DNA from: a virus
Lineage: Duplodnaviria; Caudoviricetes
Length of the DNA stretch: 47,555 bases
Virus record (IMG/VR): IMGVR_UViG_3300010376_000051
Coordinates: 1-47,555 of that record
Direction: 5' to 3' (one strand)
Part shown: one piece after another, positions 8,970 through 18,123 of the stretch
Layout of the letters: every line of letters starts with the position of its first letter
Numbering within the stretch: the stretch's first letter is position 1
The notes under the pieces: generated by a model
Told to the model about the DNA's origin: nothing
What the model saw: the letters and a program-made list of their open reading frames with translations, nothing else
The model's database searches: none
Position numbers and translations under genes: made by a program

Positions 8970-9692
8970 GTGAAGCCACTCCCCAACACTCGTAGTGCCA
9001 TCATCCCCGACGCGGGGATGGCGTTTGTTGAAGTGGATCTGCGCCAAGCGGATGCGCAGGCAGTGGCGTGGATGTCGCAAGCGACACGGTTGCAATCCCT
9101 TCTGCGCCGAAGGCTCGACATCTACACCGAAACCGAGACCGGGATATGGGCAGAACCCAAGCTCGCCGTGGTACCCCGTCAATTGCGCAAGAACATCATC
9201 CACACAGGTGATTATGGGGGCGGTGCTGGTGTGATCGCGGAGAAATACACCGGCGACAGGGCCAGCGCAGAGTTCTTCCTGAATTCGTGGTTCAAAACGC
9301 ATCCCGAAATCAAAGAGTGGCATCGCGAGATAGAATGGCTTATGCGCCAATCTCGAACCCCCGAAATACGGAACGTATGGGGCTTCCGGCGCGTCTACGC
9401 CTATCAAGTGCCCGTAACACAACCGCTGGCATGGCTGGGCCAAAGCACAATCAGCATCACCAAAGATCACATGATGCTTCGCATCCATGACGATGCGCCC
9501 TGGGCTGAACTCAAAATGGAATACCACGATAGCCTTCTGCTTCAACTACCGAGGAGAATGTGCCCTGATCGGTTTACCGACATACTCAAACTATGCGACA
9601 TCGAAATCCCCTATCCCGACCCTCTCCACATACCATGTGAACTGAAATGGTCCCTGACGGATTGGGGTCATATGAAGGAGTGGCACGAATGA
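8970..9692 (+). CDS. DNA polymerase A, C-terminal catalytic part (motifs A, B, C)
   Basis: LPNTRSAIIPDAG; motif A VDLRQADAQ; motif B RKNIIHTGDYG; motif C YHDSL. GTG start 2 nt after the kinase stop. Confidence 0.9.
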   Translation: MKPLPNTRSAIIPDAGMAFVEVDLRQADAQAVAWMSQATRLQSLLRRRLDIYTETETGIWAEPKLAVVPRQLRKNIIHTGDYGGGAGVIAEKYTGDRASAEFFLNSWFKTHPEIKEWHREIEWLMRQSRTPEIRNVWGFRRVYAYQVPVTQPLAWLGQSTISITKDHMMLRIHDDAPWAELKMEYHDSLLLQLPRRMCPDRFTDILKLCDIEIPYPDPLHIPCELKWSLTDWGHMKEWHE

Positions 9693-9889
9693 AATGGATC
9701 GTTGTGCTGTTTACGCTGACTGGTCAGCCGGTCCCAATCCCACCGTCCCACATTGTGTTCTTTGACACAAAGGTGCAGTGTGAGAAAGCACGAGTGATCG
9801 TTGAAACGATCCTGAAAGAGAAGTGGCCGCAGGTGTATGGGCAGCAGTACCCACTCCGCGGTGAGTGTGTGCTAAAGGACGTGGTCTGA
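9689..9889 (+). CDS. Small protein with hydrophobic N-terminus and a Cys pair
   Basis: AAGGAG RBS, ATGA overlap, MKWIVVLFTL, FDTKVQCEKA...GECV. Confidence 0.65.
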   Translation: MKWIVVLFTLTGQPVPIPPSHIVFFDTKVQCEKARVIVETILKEKWPQVYGQQYPLRGECVLKDVV

Positions 9890-10080
9890 TGGTAGAACTC
9901 CGCATTATCTATTCCCCCAAAGATAAAGAGTGGCGGATCTACACGCCGGATGGTGCTTACTTGCCCACCACCGATCCAGTGATGTTATACATCAAGGGGG
10001 CTATGATCTACTATGACGAAGTAATACGTCGGGCGGGTGAATGTATTCCAGTTGATGCTTCATCCGACGTGCCTCTATAG
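9889..10080 (+). CDS. Hypothetical protein
   Basis: TGATG coupling; fills the gap. Confidence 0.55.
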   Translation: MVELRIIYSPKDKEWRIYTPDGAYLPTTDPVMLYIKGAMIYYDEVIRRAGECIPVDASSDVPL

Positions 10081-10084
10081 GATC

Positions 10085-11347
10085 ATGCCCCGCCGCGGAG
10101 ACTGGCTGCGAAACTACCTTGACACAGTAGTGTCAAGAAGCGAGGCGCCGGAGCGCTTCCACTGGTGGGTGGGTGCATCCATCATCGGGGGCGCTCTGCG
10201 TCGTCATGTCTACATCAACATGGAAACATTCCAATGGTTCCCCAACCTCTATGTGATCCTGGTGGGACCGCCGGGCATTGTCAAGAAAAGCACCACCATC
10301 AACGTCGGCGCCCGCCTGCTACGCAACATACCCGGCGTAAACTTCGGCGCCGATATCTCGACATGGGAAGGCTTCGTCCAACAACTGGATGACGCCAAAG
10401 ACATTCACACTCCCCAGATGAACGGTGCCAAACTCGACTTAGACACCCGACACAGCATCTCCTGCGCCCTCACTATGACAGTCAGCGAGTGGGGAACATT
10501 CTTCGACCCCAAAAATCGGCAGATGGTGGAGATGCTGACCGACTTGTATGATGGCAAGACCGACATACCCACCGTCAAATTCACCAAAACTCAAGGAACA
10601 AACTTCATCTCCAACCCGTTTGTCAACATTATCGCGGGTACAACACCGCTGTGGCTGCGTGACAACTTCAAATCGAACTTTGCAGGTTGGGGACTGAGCA
10701 GCCGATGCGTGTTTATGCACTGCCTGGAACCCGAACGAGAAATACCCTACCCCGATGAAGTCTGGAACGGAATGTATCACAACAGCATGGGACCACTGCG
10801 AGACGACCTGAAGTGGATCAGCGACTTACACGGTGAATGCAAATTGACCAAGGGTGCTCGCGCCTTTGGCCACGAGTGGTATCCCGTTCACATCGCTCGC
10901 AAACGTAGTTTGGATGCTGATCCTTACCATGATGAGTGGCTGAGCTATTACCTCGCCCGCAAATGGGACCACATCAACAAGCTGGCTATCATCCTAAGCG
11001 TATCCCAGCGCAACGACTTGTTGATCGACGAGAACATCATGCGAGAGGCTGAGAAGCGGTGCAACGAAGTCGAGGCTGAGATGGGCCGGGTGTTTGGGGG
11101 CGCAGCCGCTACCCAGCACAGCATCGATGGTGATACGCGGCTTGCGGTGTGGAAGGGGCTGACCGAACTAATGACGCGGCGAGCGGACGGCCGGGTCAAC
11201 AGCCGGGATGCCTATTCGTTCTGCCTGCCTTATATGGATTGGCGACAGTTCGAGGCGTTGATAAAACAACTCACCGCGGCTGGGTGGATTGAAGCATCAA
11301 CCGATGCCGAAGGCGTTTGGTATCGGCATCCAATCACCGGCGCTTGA
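10085..11347 (+). CDS. DUF3987-type P-loop NTPase (putative replicative helicase)
   Basis: EAPERFHWW, PNLYVILVGPPGIVKKSTT, SEWGTF, LTDLYD, IIAGTTP, GLSSR; possible C-terminal winged helix. Confidence 0.75.
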   Translation: MPRRGDWLRNYLDTVVSRSEAPERFHWWVGASIIGGALRRHVYINMETFQWFPNLYVILVGPPGIVKKSTTINVGARLLRNIPGVNFGADISTWEGFVQQLDDAKDIHTPQMNGAKLDLDTRHSISCALTMTVSEWGTFFDPKNRQMVEMLTDLYDGKTDIPTVKFTKTQGTNFISNPFVNIIAGTTPLWLRDNFKSNFAGWGLSSRCVFMHCLEPEREIPYPDEVWNGMYHNSMGPLRDDLKWISDLHGECKLTKGARAFGHEWYPVHIARKRSLDADPYHDEWLSYYLARKWDHINKLAIILSVSQRNDLLIDENIMREAEKRCNEVEAEMGRVFGGAAATQHSIDGDTRLAVWKGLTELMTRRADGRVNSRDAYSFCLPYMDWRQFEALIKQLTAAGWIEASTDAEGVWYRHPITGA

Positions 11348-11759
11348 AACTGAGCGCCATAGTGGCGGTATATACCAAGAACAAAACCGGATACGGCGCT
11401 TGATCTGCGACAATGTGCTCCCAGGGGATCGGTGTTCCATCAAGATAATGCCCCAGCCACGCAGCGCCAACTCCGGCGCCCGCCATGACCGCCAGAACGC
11501 TCCACAGCGGGATCAAGAAGGCTAAGTGCACATTCCTCTTCACAAACAGAATTCCAAAAACTGCCAGCACCGCGTCTATAATCAGTGCCCCAGCTACAAT
11601 TAGATGTCCTGAGTGAAACATAGCCATCTGGAGCGCTGTGAGCGCCGTGGCTCCAATCGAGCGGGGATACAGAGCCAGCAAAACGGCTTGTCCCACTACC
11701 ATCGCACCAACAAATACAACCACAAGACCTTCAAGGCACACTATTTTGCGGTATAACAT
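11334..11759 (-). CDS. Multi-pass membrane protein, holin candidate
   Basis: About four hydrophobic segments; last gene of the lysis cluster. Confidence 0.55.
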   Translation of the reverse strand: MLYRKIVCLEGLVVVFVGAMVVGQAVLLALYPRSIGATALTALQMAMFHSGHLIVAGALIIDAVLAVFGILFVKRNVHLAFLIPLWSVLAVMAGAGVGAAWLGHYLDGTPIPWEHIVADQAPYPVLFLVYTATMALSFKRR

Positions 11760-12006
11760 CGGGTTGGACCTTGTTCCAATGCAGCTTGTCTAAACGCTTT
11801 TTAGCATCATGCAAGCTATGCCGACCTTCGAAAAGATCCTGGTCCAACTCTTCTCGACGCTCGCGCTTTTTCGCTCCCTCGTGAGGTGGTGGGGTGGGAA
11901 AGTTATGGATAATAATCGTTTGGGCAGGCGGACCCGGAGGAACAACAGTCAGTTGCGCCGCGCAGGCCACGACCAGCAGCCCTGGCGAAATCCACAGAAT
12001 CCGCAT
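11731..12006 (-). CDS. Putative lipoprotein, o-spanin candidate
   Basis: Lipobox-like LLVVA|C, then a Pro-rich segment; follows a TM coiled-coil gene. Confidence 0.45.
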   Translation of the reverse strand: MRILWISPGLLVVACAAQLTVVPPGPPAQTIIIHNFPTPPPHEGAKKRERREELDQDLFEGRHSLHDAKKRLDKLHWNKVQPDVIPQNSVP

Positions 12007-12480
12007 TCATTTTACCTTCGGCAATAGCTGCTTGAGCGTTTCCAGCCCATCTGAAAACGACTGCATTGTGGTATTCTGTTTGTTGGCAATATCCGCAAGA
12101 GTATCGATCTTGGTCGCCAATGATAGAATTTTCTGCGCTGCGTCGTTCCGTTGGTCGACTATTTGGCTGCGAAGCTCCGTGTATTTGTTTTCTATATCAG
12201 CCCGGGTTTGAGTGTATCTGTCATCGCTCTGTGCTATGCGGTCTGTAAGCTGTATTTCAAGTTTACCGATGCGGACGGCGTTGTCATTCTCGGCTCGGGA
12301 AGCGCGGTCGTGCTCGGCTGTGACCGCAGCCAACAATGTTGCACTTTGCGCTGTTATGGTGTTGTCCAAGATCCACACAGCGCCTACGATGGCTACAACT
12401 ACAGATAGAATAACCGCCGCCGTTTGCGTCCACCCATTTAGCAGAGGTATGCCGCCGTTACTATTTCCGGCCGTCGGCAT
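12007..12480 (-). CDS. Single-TM coiled-coil protein, i-spanin-like candidate
   Basis: N-terminal TM (AAVILSVVVAIVGAVWIL) and a long heptad-like helix; directly after the endolysin. Confidence 0.55.
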   Translation of the reverse strand: MPTAGNSNGGIPLLNGWTQTAAVILSVVVAIVGAVWILDNTITAQSATLLAAVTAEHDRASRAENDNAVRIGKLEIQLTDRIAQSDDRYTQTRADIENKYTELRSQIVDQRNDAAQKILSLATKIDTLADIANKQNTTMQSFSDGLETLKQLLPKVK

Positions 12481-12518
12481 AGCTATTGCCTAAAAGGTGT
12501 CAACGAAACGTCCAAAAG

Positions 12519-13007
12519 CTACGTCAGTGGGGCGAAGGCGATGTCGGTCAGGCCGAGCGCTGCCATGAATTGGGTTTCGGTTGTTCGACCCAGGGGTGTG
12601 TTCCAAAATGCCTTGTAGTAGGCCCATAGGCCCGCTGGAGTGTGTGGTGGCAGGGGGTCGGGCACCTGCCAGTAGATCAGTCGGGCGCATGCTGCGGCGA
12701 GCACGAGATTGCCTGAGATTTGATCGATGATAGACGTGGGGACCGATGAGGCGAACTCGCTGATCGCCATCCGTTGATCAGAGCGAGCGCGCTGGAGGGC
12801 GCCTGCGAGCGTGTCGGGCTGGATCTGGAAGACAGACCGGGCAGGCCCCTCTATCTGGTCCAGGAACGTCCCCAGGTGGCTCTCGACGGCTGCCGTTGCC
12901 ATCAACAAGTCGGCCGCGACGAGGGTGGACGGGATGCCCGCCCTCGCCAGCGACACGAGCGCCGGTCTAATGGCGACGGCGCGGAACTGGATGGCGTCAA
13001 TCGTCAT
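12519..13007 (-). CDS. Putative endolysin (lysozyme / transglycosylase fold)
   Basis: LLMATAAVES (candidate catalytic Glu), GPARSVFQIQP, ARLIYW, YYKAFWNT. Start taken at ATG 13007. Confidence 0.75.
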   Translation of the reverse strand: MTIDAIQFRAVAIRPALVSLARAGIPSTLVAADLLMATAAVESHLGTFLDQIEGPARSVFQIQPDTLAGALQRARSDQRMAISEFASSVPTSIIDQISGNLVLAAACARLIYWQVPDPLPPHTPAGLWAYYKAFWNTPLGRTTETQFMAALGLTDIAFAPLT

Positions 13008-13173
13008 GGCACAATTCAGGTGTGCATGGAACCGTGACAACACGCTTCCGCCGCGAAAACCAACAACAACCACACAAGTTCTCGCTGCCGCCATCGTAAG
13101 GAGCGGGCTGCGGGTGCTCGCAGCGATGCGGGCAATGTTCGTGACCGGTGTTAGCCGCCACGTAGTGAGGCAT
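12997..13173 (-). CDS. Small Cys/His-rich protein (58 aa)
   Basis: TGATG coupling to the upstream lipoprotein; HEHCPHRCEHP...LCGCCW...PCTPELC; overlaps the endolysin start. Confidence 0.6.
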   Translation of the reverse strand: MPHYVAANTGHEHCPHRCEHPQPAPYDGGSENLCGCCWFSRRKRVVTVPCTPELCHDD

Positions 13174-13505
13174 CAGAACGGTAGTACCAAGTTGAATGGC
13201 GCCGGTATGGTCTTGCCGATGTCCTGGAGCAACATCGGGGCGATCACAGGACCGCACGCGGAAGCGACTGCTTGTTCGATGAGCCGCTTGCGCTCCTTCA
13301 GGACAAAGAGACCATCCTGGCTTGGGTTAGGCGTCGGCGAGGTCGCAGGGGCAAGCATCTGTAGACAGGTAGCTCCTGCAACGTCATTGCCTGCTTTGGC
13401 CAATGCCGCTGCATTGGAGATATCGCCGGAGACAAATTGTCCCAGCCCTCCGCTGGAGCAAGCGGCAAGCGCGCCCACGAGGCCGATAGTCGCGAGCCGG
13501 ATCAT
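13173..13505 (-). CDS. Lipoprotein
   Basis: MIRLATIGLVGALAA|CSS lipobox; two further Cys. Confidence 0.75.
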   Translation of the reverse strand: MIRLATIGLVGALAACSSGGLGQFVSGDISNAAALAKAGNDVAGATCLQMLAPATSPTPNPSQDGLFVLKERKRLIEQAVASACGPVIAPMLLQDIGKTIPAPFNLVLPF

Positions 13506-13768
13506 CGCCGCCCCACGATCGCAATGCCGCCAGCCCCAATAACATGGGTCACCGTTTCGAAAGTCGGCACAATCACATCATTCTCCACCTTGTCCGGCCC
13601 CCTAATTCGCATCTTTGTGATGCCCATGTCAACATCGGCTTCGAGTATGTCGCCGGGGAGGTCTTCGTGGGTGTCAAGCCGGACTATTCGCCACCTAGAG
13701 CGAAACTCCTCGGTGTGGTCCATGCCAAGACGTTTGGGTAGAGCGCTCATAGCAGTGTGTCCTATCAC
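13502..13768 (-). CDS. Hypothetical protein
   Basis: Fills the gap; ATGA overlap downstream. Confidence 0.6.
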   Translation of the reverse strand: MIGHTAMSALPKRLGMDHTEEFRSRWRIVRLDTHEDLPGDILEADVDMGITKMRIRGPDKVENDVIVPTFETVTHVIGAGGIAIVGRR

Positions 13769-13769
13769 T

Positions 13770-16136
13770 CTATGGCACCAAGACCGATGCAGCGGTGCTA
13801 ATATTATTGTTGCTGTCCATCACCCATAGATAGACTGTATTGCCGTGCGCGACGCCAGCTAGCTCTATTGGTGGAATCCAACTATTTGCTGCTGATGGCG
13901 GATAGGTGCCAGGAGCAGTGCTGCTCCAGAATGCGGTGTTGCCGCTCCATCGTGTATCTGACGCCAGCGGCGGCGTCGATGAAGTCGAGGCAAGCCATTG
14001 CACCGCACCATACTGCGCTGTAAAGCTAATCGCCGTAAACGGAACGGCGTAGGCGCCATTAGTGAAGTCATAGTATAGTGGTCCGATCGCGAAAGAACTC
14101 GTCGGCGGCGTAGTGAAACCGCTCGTGGCGCAACCAGTAACGGTGCCTGCGCCGCCAGCGCAGAAATTATTGGATTGTACCGGGCTTATCGTGGCCGAGT
14201 TGGTAAGATATTGGTTGCTCGGACTAGATAAATAGTTCTTTTGCCCGTTGAAACCCTGGACCAGAATTGGAATTGCCGTATAATTGCCTGAAAATGGATT
14301 CCCGAGCTTGCACAATATTCCCCAAGTGGGGCCGCCGGTCATTCGCAGCGCCGCCTGAGTCGAGCCCACAAGGCTATTATTCGTTACAAAGAAAGAATAA
14401 GATGCCGCGCTTTCGTTACAACTGGTATCAACAACAGTATTTATAGTCATTCCGACAACCGCGTTAGTACTAACGGAGCCCAACACCGTTTCTGTTCCTG
14501 GGCACGTGACGCCTGTGACTGTAATAGTGGAGGAATTCGCCGTGGCGGCTGTCCATTTATTATTATACCCCTGCGGGGAAAATCCAACAGTTAAGAATTG
14601 GTTTCCAGCCGATATGGTAGTGTTAGCTGCCGTAAAAGTGATAGTTCCACTAGTGCAAGAGGCCGCCGTCGCCTGCACGACTACCGCTGGCGCGCACGCT
14701 CCGGTTTCGCAAGCGGATATTTCGGCATCGCTGGCAATGATCTGGTTTCCGGTCCAGGACAAATCGCCGACGCCGCCCGAAGTGCCAGGATCGTTCAGCC
14801 CGCCGCCGGTGCCGAAAAAATGGTTAGGTGCATAGAACAGGCTATTAGTTACGGACGCATGAAGATCGCCGCTGCATTGACCGGTAGCCCCAGCCTGTGG
14901 GCAGTAGACGTTCGCCGGCCCTCCCACAGGCGAGCCCGTAAACCCAAATGCCGGAATAATAGCCGTGTCAGCGACTCCGTCGTTGTAATCATATTGTTGA
15001 TTACCAGTAAATGTCATACTCGACATAAATATTGGATTAAAGCCACCTTGATAGAATATATTATTTGATAGTGTTATGCCGCTGCTTTCTCCGTTAGCTT
15101 GGAATGTTTGTGAGTTATCATAAGTCGTACCACCTGAGTGAATTGGATCAGCGAACACACTATTATTTACTGCAACGCTATTGCTCTGAAACATATAAAA
15201 CTGCGCTTCGCCACTTATACTGGAATTGCTGAATGCCAAATGGCGGACATCATTGACTGTGATCGTATTGCAATTCTGGAAGTTTAGCAGGCCCCAAGTG
15301 CCGCCGCCATCTGTCGACTTCGAACCATCGAGAAAGATGTGGGCAACCGTGTCGGTATTACATGGTGAGATAAAAGAGATGGTTCCGGCGTGATGTGGGG
15401 CCGTCGCGTATGAATAACTCGTCCCGGTCGTGTAAACACACGTTATGCTCGTGCCCGCGGTCGGACACTGGTCAACCCCATTGATATTACTCACATGCCC
15501 CCAAACATCGAACGAATTCCCACTTCCGACACCTACGAGATTGATTGCCGTAGAGATGCTAACCTGAGAGCTATCAGCGGTACTGAGAGCCCAATTTCCG
15601 CCGGCGAGAAACACGGTATCGCCTGCGGCAGCCGCGTTCACCGCCGCTTGGATACAAGCGGCATGCCACGGACTGCCGGACGTGCCAGATCCGCCCCCAT
15701 TACCCGGACAGTAAGTTACTGCGGCATCTAGCTTGTGCCCTTCTGTGACAGTGAATTGCGTCGTCAATGATGCAAATCCCGTCGCGGCCGCCGTAATGCA
15801 AAGCGTATATGTACCAGCGGCAATCGTGTTCGTGTAAACATCTCCGCTAGTAATACTGAAATGTGTCGTATCCCCGCCGGAGCAACCTCCTCCAGACGCC
15901 ACTAGCGTATATGTTGGGCTTGTTAAATTGTTAAATGTCGGAGTCGCTGGCGACATGTTGGTGGTTAAGGTCCCTACGTAATAGGGTGCCGAAGCCGCGA
16001 ATTGAACCGTCGTCCCCGATAACTGCGTAGATAGAATTCCGCCAGCGCCTCCGCCGCCGTGATGTCTAAATGGATGAGCCTGCGCTATCGACAATAGCAC
16101 CAGCACTGCACAGAATGCAATATAACGCATTTTCAT
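13770..16136 (-). CDS. Signal-peptide-bearing beta-helix (pectin-lyase-like) protein with an Ig/cadherin-like N-terminal domain
   Basis: GAGG RBS. MKMRYIAFCAVLVLLSIAQA|H. GSGTSGSPW...IQAAVNAAAAGDTVFL beta-helix cap and N/S-rich rungs. 18 Cys in the mature chain (hand count). Confidence 0.75.
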   Translation of the reverse strand: MKMRYIAFCAVLVLLSIAQAHPFRHHGGGGAGGILSTQLSGTTVQFAASAPYYVGTLTTNMSPATPTFNNLTSPTYTLVASGGGCSGGDTTHFSITSGDVYTNTIAAGTYTLCITAAATGFASLTTQFTVTEGHKLDAAVTYCPGNGGGSGTSGSPWHAACIQAAVNAAAAGDTVFLAGGNWALSTADSSQVSISTAINLVGVGSGNSFDVWGHVSNINGVDQCPTAGTSITCVYTTGTSYSYATAPHHAGTISFISPCNTDTVAHIFLDGSKSTDGGGTWGLLNFQNCNTITVNDVRHLAFSNSSISGEAQFYMFQSNSVAVNNSVFADPIHSGGTTYDNSQTFQANGESSGITLSNNIFYQGGFNPIFMSSMTFTGNQQYDYNDGVADTAIIPAFGFTGSPVGGPANVYCPQAGATGQCSGDLHASVTNSLFYAPNHFFGTGGGLNDPGTSGGVGDLSWTGNQIIASDAEISACETGACAPAVVVQATAASCTSGTITFTAANTTISAGNQFLTVGFSPQGYNNKWTAATANSSTITVTGVTCPGTETVLGSVSTNAVVGMTINTVVDTSCNESAASYSFFVTNNSLVGSTQAALRMTGGPTWGILCKLGNPFSGNYTAIPILVQGFNGQKNYLSSPSNQYLTNSATISPVQSNNFCAGGAGTVTGCATSGFTTPPTSSFAIGPLYYDFTNGAYAVPFTAISFTAQYGAVQWLASTSSTPPLASDTRWSGNTAFWSSTAPGTYPPSAANSWIPPIELAGVAHGNTVYLWVMDSNNNISTAASVLVP

Positions 16137-16144
16137 TATATGCC

Positions 16145-17794
16145 TCACGGTATCGACGATATATGCCATGTAATATCCCACATAGCCGGAGCTGCTGTAA
16201 TTGACGCGCCACTAAGATTAGGCCATGTGCCAAACGTTTGCCCCATATACCCGATAAATCCATTTGTTGCATTGCGATTAGTATAGAACGACGCGGCCGT
16301 TGTGTTTACGCTTTCTAAAGGCTGGTAACCAAGATTTTGAGTGGGCGGGATCTGTCCATCAGCTACAGTAGAGCCGTTGTTGGTTATCGCACAAAACCAA
16401 TAATTACCTGGCGTAAGCGCAAATGGACCACCAGTTATGCTTCCAGTCACCGTTGCCGTCGACGTAGTAGCTATATTGCCCGTAGAACCAATAAGCGTAG
16501 ATGGCAAGCCGTTGGTTCCAGAATTATATATAGCCAATTGCGCATTAGAAGCCGCTTGTCCAGTTTCTATATTAAGACCAAGCGAATCGATGTGTACCGC
16601 AGCGTAGATCGTATTTGGCGAACAATAGATTTCCGTCGTGTTTTGCCCTTGCGTTGTGTTCAACCCCGCATGCGGCCACATCCCGTACCAGTCGCCCGAT
16701 ATATAGCCGCTGGTTGCTCCCACGGCAGCGCCAGTAGCAGCCACAGTCACTCGGCCAGCCGCATCGTAGGTGAGGTTGCAGGAAGTGCATGACCCAGCAG
16801 CAATGAGCGCCGGATTCGGTGAGACTGACAAATTGCCGGCCGATGACTTGTTAACAAGCGCCAGAAATCCCGAAGCTATTGTTACGCTAGCGCCAGCAGA
16901 CCCGCCATTTATCGCGTCAGCAGCATTCGGCGTTAGCGTCATCGATTGTCCAATCGTGTTGACGACTATACATCCATTTGTAGACAGGCCACTCGAAACT
17001 GGCAATGTCAGAGTTTGACTGCTGGTCGTGACTTCGAAAATGGCGCATGTCGACCACTGTGTGGCAGACACGGTCTGTGTCGTTCCCGCAACAACAGCCG
17101 TTTGTGGAACAGTCGCCAGCACATAACACGAACTCGCGCAAGCGGTAGCGGCACTCGTCGAATAGCTGACATAATACTCCAGTCCGCCGATGATCTCCCC
17201 GCCAATCAGCGCCGTGAGGCCAGAAGCGGTATTAGTAACCACAGGCAATGCACCGGTCGAATTAACGTTAAGCGTAGACGCTCCTGTATTTGTATTAGCA
17301 AACGTCGCAGCAATGACATACTGGTTAACAAGCGAATATCCTGACGGCGACGGCGAAAGTGTATAGGTATTCGTCCCGGACGCAGTCCCGACATATGTCA
17401 CGTAAGTTGCTCCGGCGCAGTCGCTTCCCGTCGCCGTAACCGCACCGGCGTTCGAGATATGAAGACATTGCGTCGATGCCGGTGCAGCCGGAAGTGTAAT
17501 GGGGCCACCAAGCGTTAAAGTAACCCCACTTATCTTGGTGATCGTCAACGCCCCACCAGCCGCCAGCGTAGCATCTCCCGAGACAGTCGCAGGCCCAACC
17601 GTGGTCGTAGTGGCACCCTGGTATTGAGCTACCGCCGGCGATGATCCGCTTTGAACAGTGCCGCTACCGCTCCCGCCACCACCCCCGCTCCCACCACTAA
17701 TGCCAATACCACTGCCTTCCCACTGTGCTGATGCAGGTGGGATGCTTAGTCCCAACAGGGCAACAACTACCTTGAACCATCGCGAGTATTTCAT
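16145..17794 (-). CDS. Signal-peptide-bearing tail-fibre-like protein
   Basis: MKYSRWFKVVVALLGLSIPPASA|Q, then a Gly linker. Fibre-type motifs ANTNTGASTLNVN and LTYDAAGRVT. 10 Cys. Confidence 0.7.
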   Translation of the reverse strand: MKYSRWFKVVVALLGLSIPPASAQWEGSGIGISGGSGGGGGSGSGTVQSGSSPAVAQYQGATTTTVGPATVSGDATLAAGGALTITKISGVTLTLGGPITLPAAPASTQCLHISNAGAVTATGSDCAGATYVTYVGTASGTNTYTLSPSPSGYSLVNQYVIAATFANTNTGASTLNVNSTGALPVVTNTASGLTALIGGEIIGGLEYYVSYSTSAATACASSCYVLATVPQTAVVAGTTQTVSATQWSTCAIFEVTTSSQTLTLPVSSGLSTNGCIVVNTIGQSMTLTPNAADAINGGSAGASVTIASGFLALVNKSSAGNLSVSPNPALIAAGSCTSCNLTYDAAGRVTVAATGAAVGATSGYISGDWYGMWPHAGLNTTQGQNTTEIYCSPNTIYAAVHIDSLGLNIETGQAASNAQLAIYNSGTNGLPSTLIGSTGNIATTSTATVTGSITGGPFALTPGNYWFCAITNNGSTVADGQIPPTQNLGYQPLESVNTTAASFYTNRNATNGFIGYMGQTFGTWPNLSGASITAAPAMWDITWHISSIP

Positions 17795-18123
17795 CTGGAA
17801 AAGTCCGTATTTCCTCTTGCCATGTTCCTCCGCATTTCATACACGCTTGGTTGATCCATCCGCTTGATCGGAACAAAAGGCACGTCCGCGTCTTCGTAGA
17901 CCGGCACGGCGGGTGGTGGAATATCGGATGGGGAAACGTATCGTCTATGATCGCGGTTTCGATCTTCTTTTGGCACGAGACCTTCGTGTATTCTCTCTTG
18001 GCGCAGTAGGCCGGCGCAGCGAAGAGAACAGCATTCACCTGCACGTTTCTTAGGGTGAAATGTCTTGTGACATGTCGGGCATTCTTTGGTCGGGATTGCC
18101 GGCCTACCCCCGCGGCGCATCAT
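17791..18123 (-). CDS. Zn-finger protein (HNH-associated type module)
   Basis: ATGA coupling at both ends; CPTCHKTF...CCSLRC. Confidence 0.65.
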   Translation of the reverse strand: MMRRGGRPAIPTKECPTCHKTFHPKKRAGECCSLRCAGLLRQERIHEGLVPKEDRNRDHRRYVSPSDIPPPAVPVYEDADVPFVPIKRMDQPSVYEMRRNMARGNTDFSR

